A stretch of DNA of 64,000 bases from Oopsacas minuta (Eukaryota > Animalia > Porifera), in contig JAKMXF010000349.1 in NCBI GenBank assembly GCA_024704765.1, positions 62,001 to 126,000 on the forward strand, written 5' to 3'. A program made the translations under genes and the position numbers. A model generated the notes under the pieces. The model was not told the origin of the DNA and searched no databases. It was given only the letters and a program-made list of their open reading frames with translations. The first letter of the stretch is position 1, and each line of letters starts with the position of its first letter. Of the stretch, positions 63,873-64,000 are shown piece after piece.

Positions 63873-64000
63873 CACAGTGTGGCAATGTGGGGAAATAGTC
63901 ATATTTAAAAAACATATTTCAATGCATTTTTCAAATTCTCCATAGTTCAATTAGTACGAAAATATCATTGGCAGCATTAGAAGCAGTTAGGAATCCTAAC
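63873..64000 (+). mobile_element. Left end of a second copy of the Transib element (runs off the window)
   Basis: cacagtgtggcaatgtggggaaatagtcatattt...; identical to 51767 onward apart from a few substitutions in the first 16 nt. Confidence 0.93.

Noticed and set aside
63880-63915. Possible RSS nonamer (ACAAAAACC) downstream of the Transib heptamer
   Set aside because: No match at 12- or 23-nt spacing at either end; the A-run (tttaaaaaac) is at the wrong distance and absent from the right end.

Overview
Eukaryotic, AT-rich window (by eye about one third GC) that looks like a compact, transposon-saturated animal genome. A glass sponge such as Oopsacas is my guess from the style of the elements and intronless genes; it cannot be verified here. 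There are only three credible host genes, all intronless: a DUF1761-like 4-TM membrane protein (15237-15665, -), a PSTPIP1-like F-BAR/SH3 protein (30052-31278, +) and a divergent DHFR (56431-57021, +). The rest is a dense, often nested set of DNA transposons: mariner DD34D x2, maT DD37D x4 (one with an intact 342-aa ORF), a DD37E element, several hAT elements and MITEs, a FLYWCH-MULE-RING element, a long-TIR Merlin, a THAP/P-element remnant, a Transib (RAG1-core-like) element and a Crypton-like tyrosine-recombinase remnant in a head-to-head palindrome. I recognised no reverse transcriptase, rRNA, tRNA or CRISPR array. Most interesting: (1) a Transib whose ends carry the exact RSS heptamer CACAGTG plus a second box at asymmetric 8-nt versus 17-nt spacing; (2) a triple nest, Merlin > hAT > intact maT; (3) a MULE transposase with a C-terminal RING finger; (4) the palindromic tyrosine-recombinase locus; (5) a DHFR lacking the conserved folate-binding Arg; (6) a DUF1761 gene in an apparent animal. 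All family assignments come from motifs read by eye; no database searches were run.
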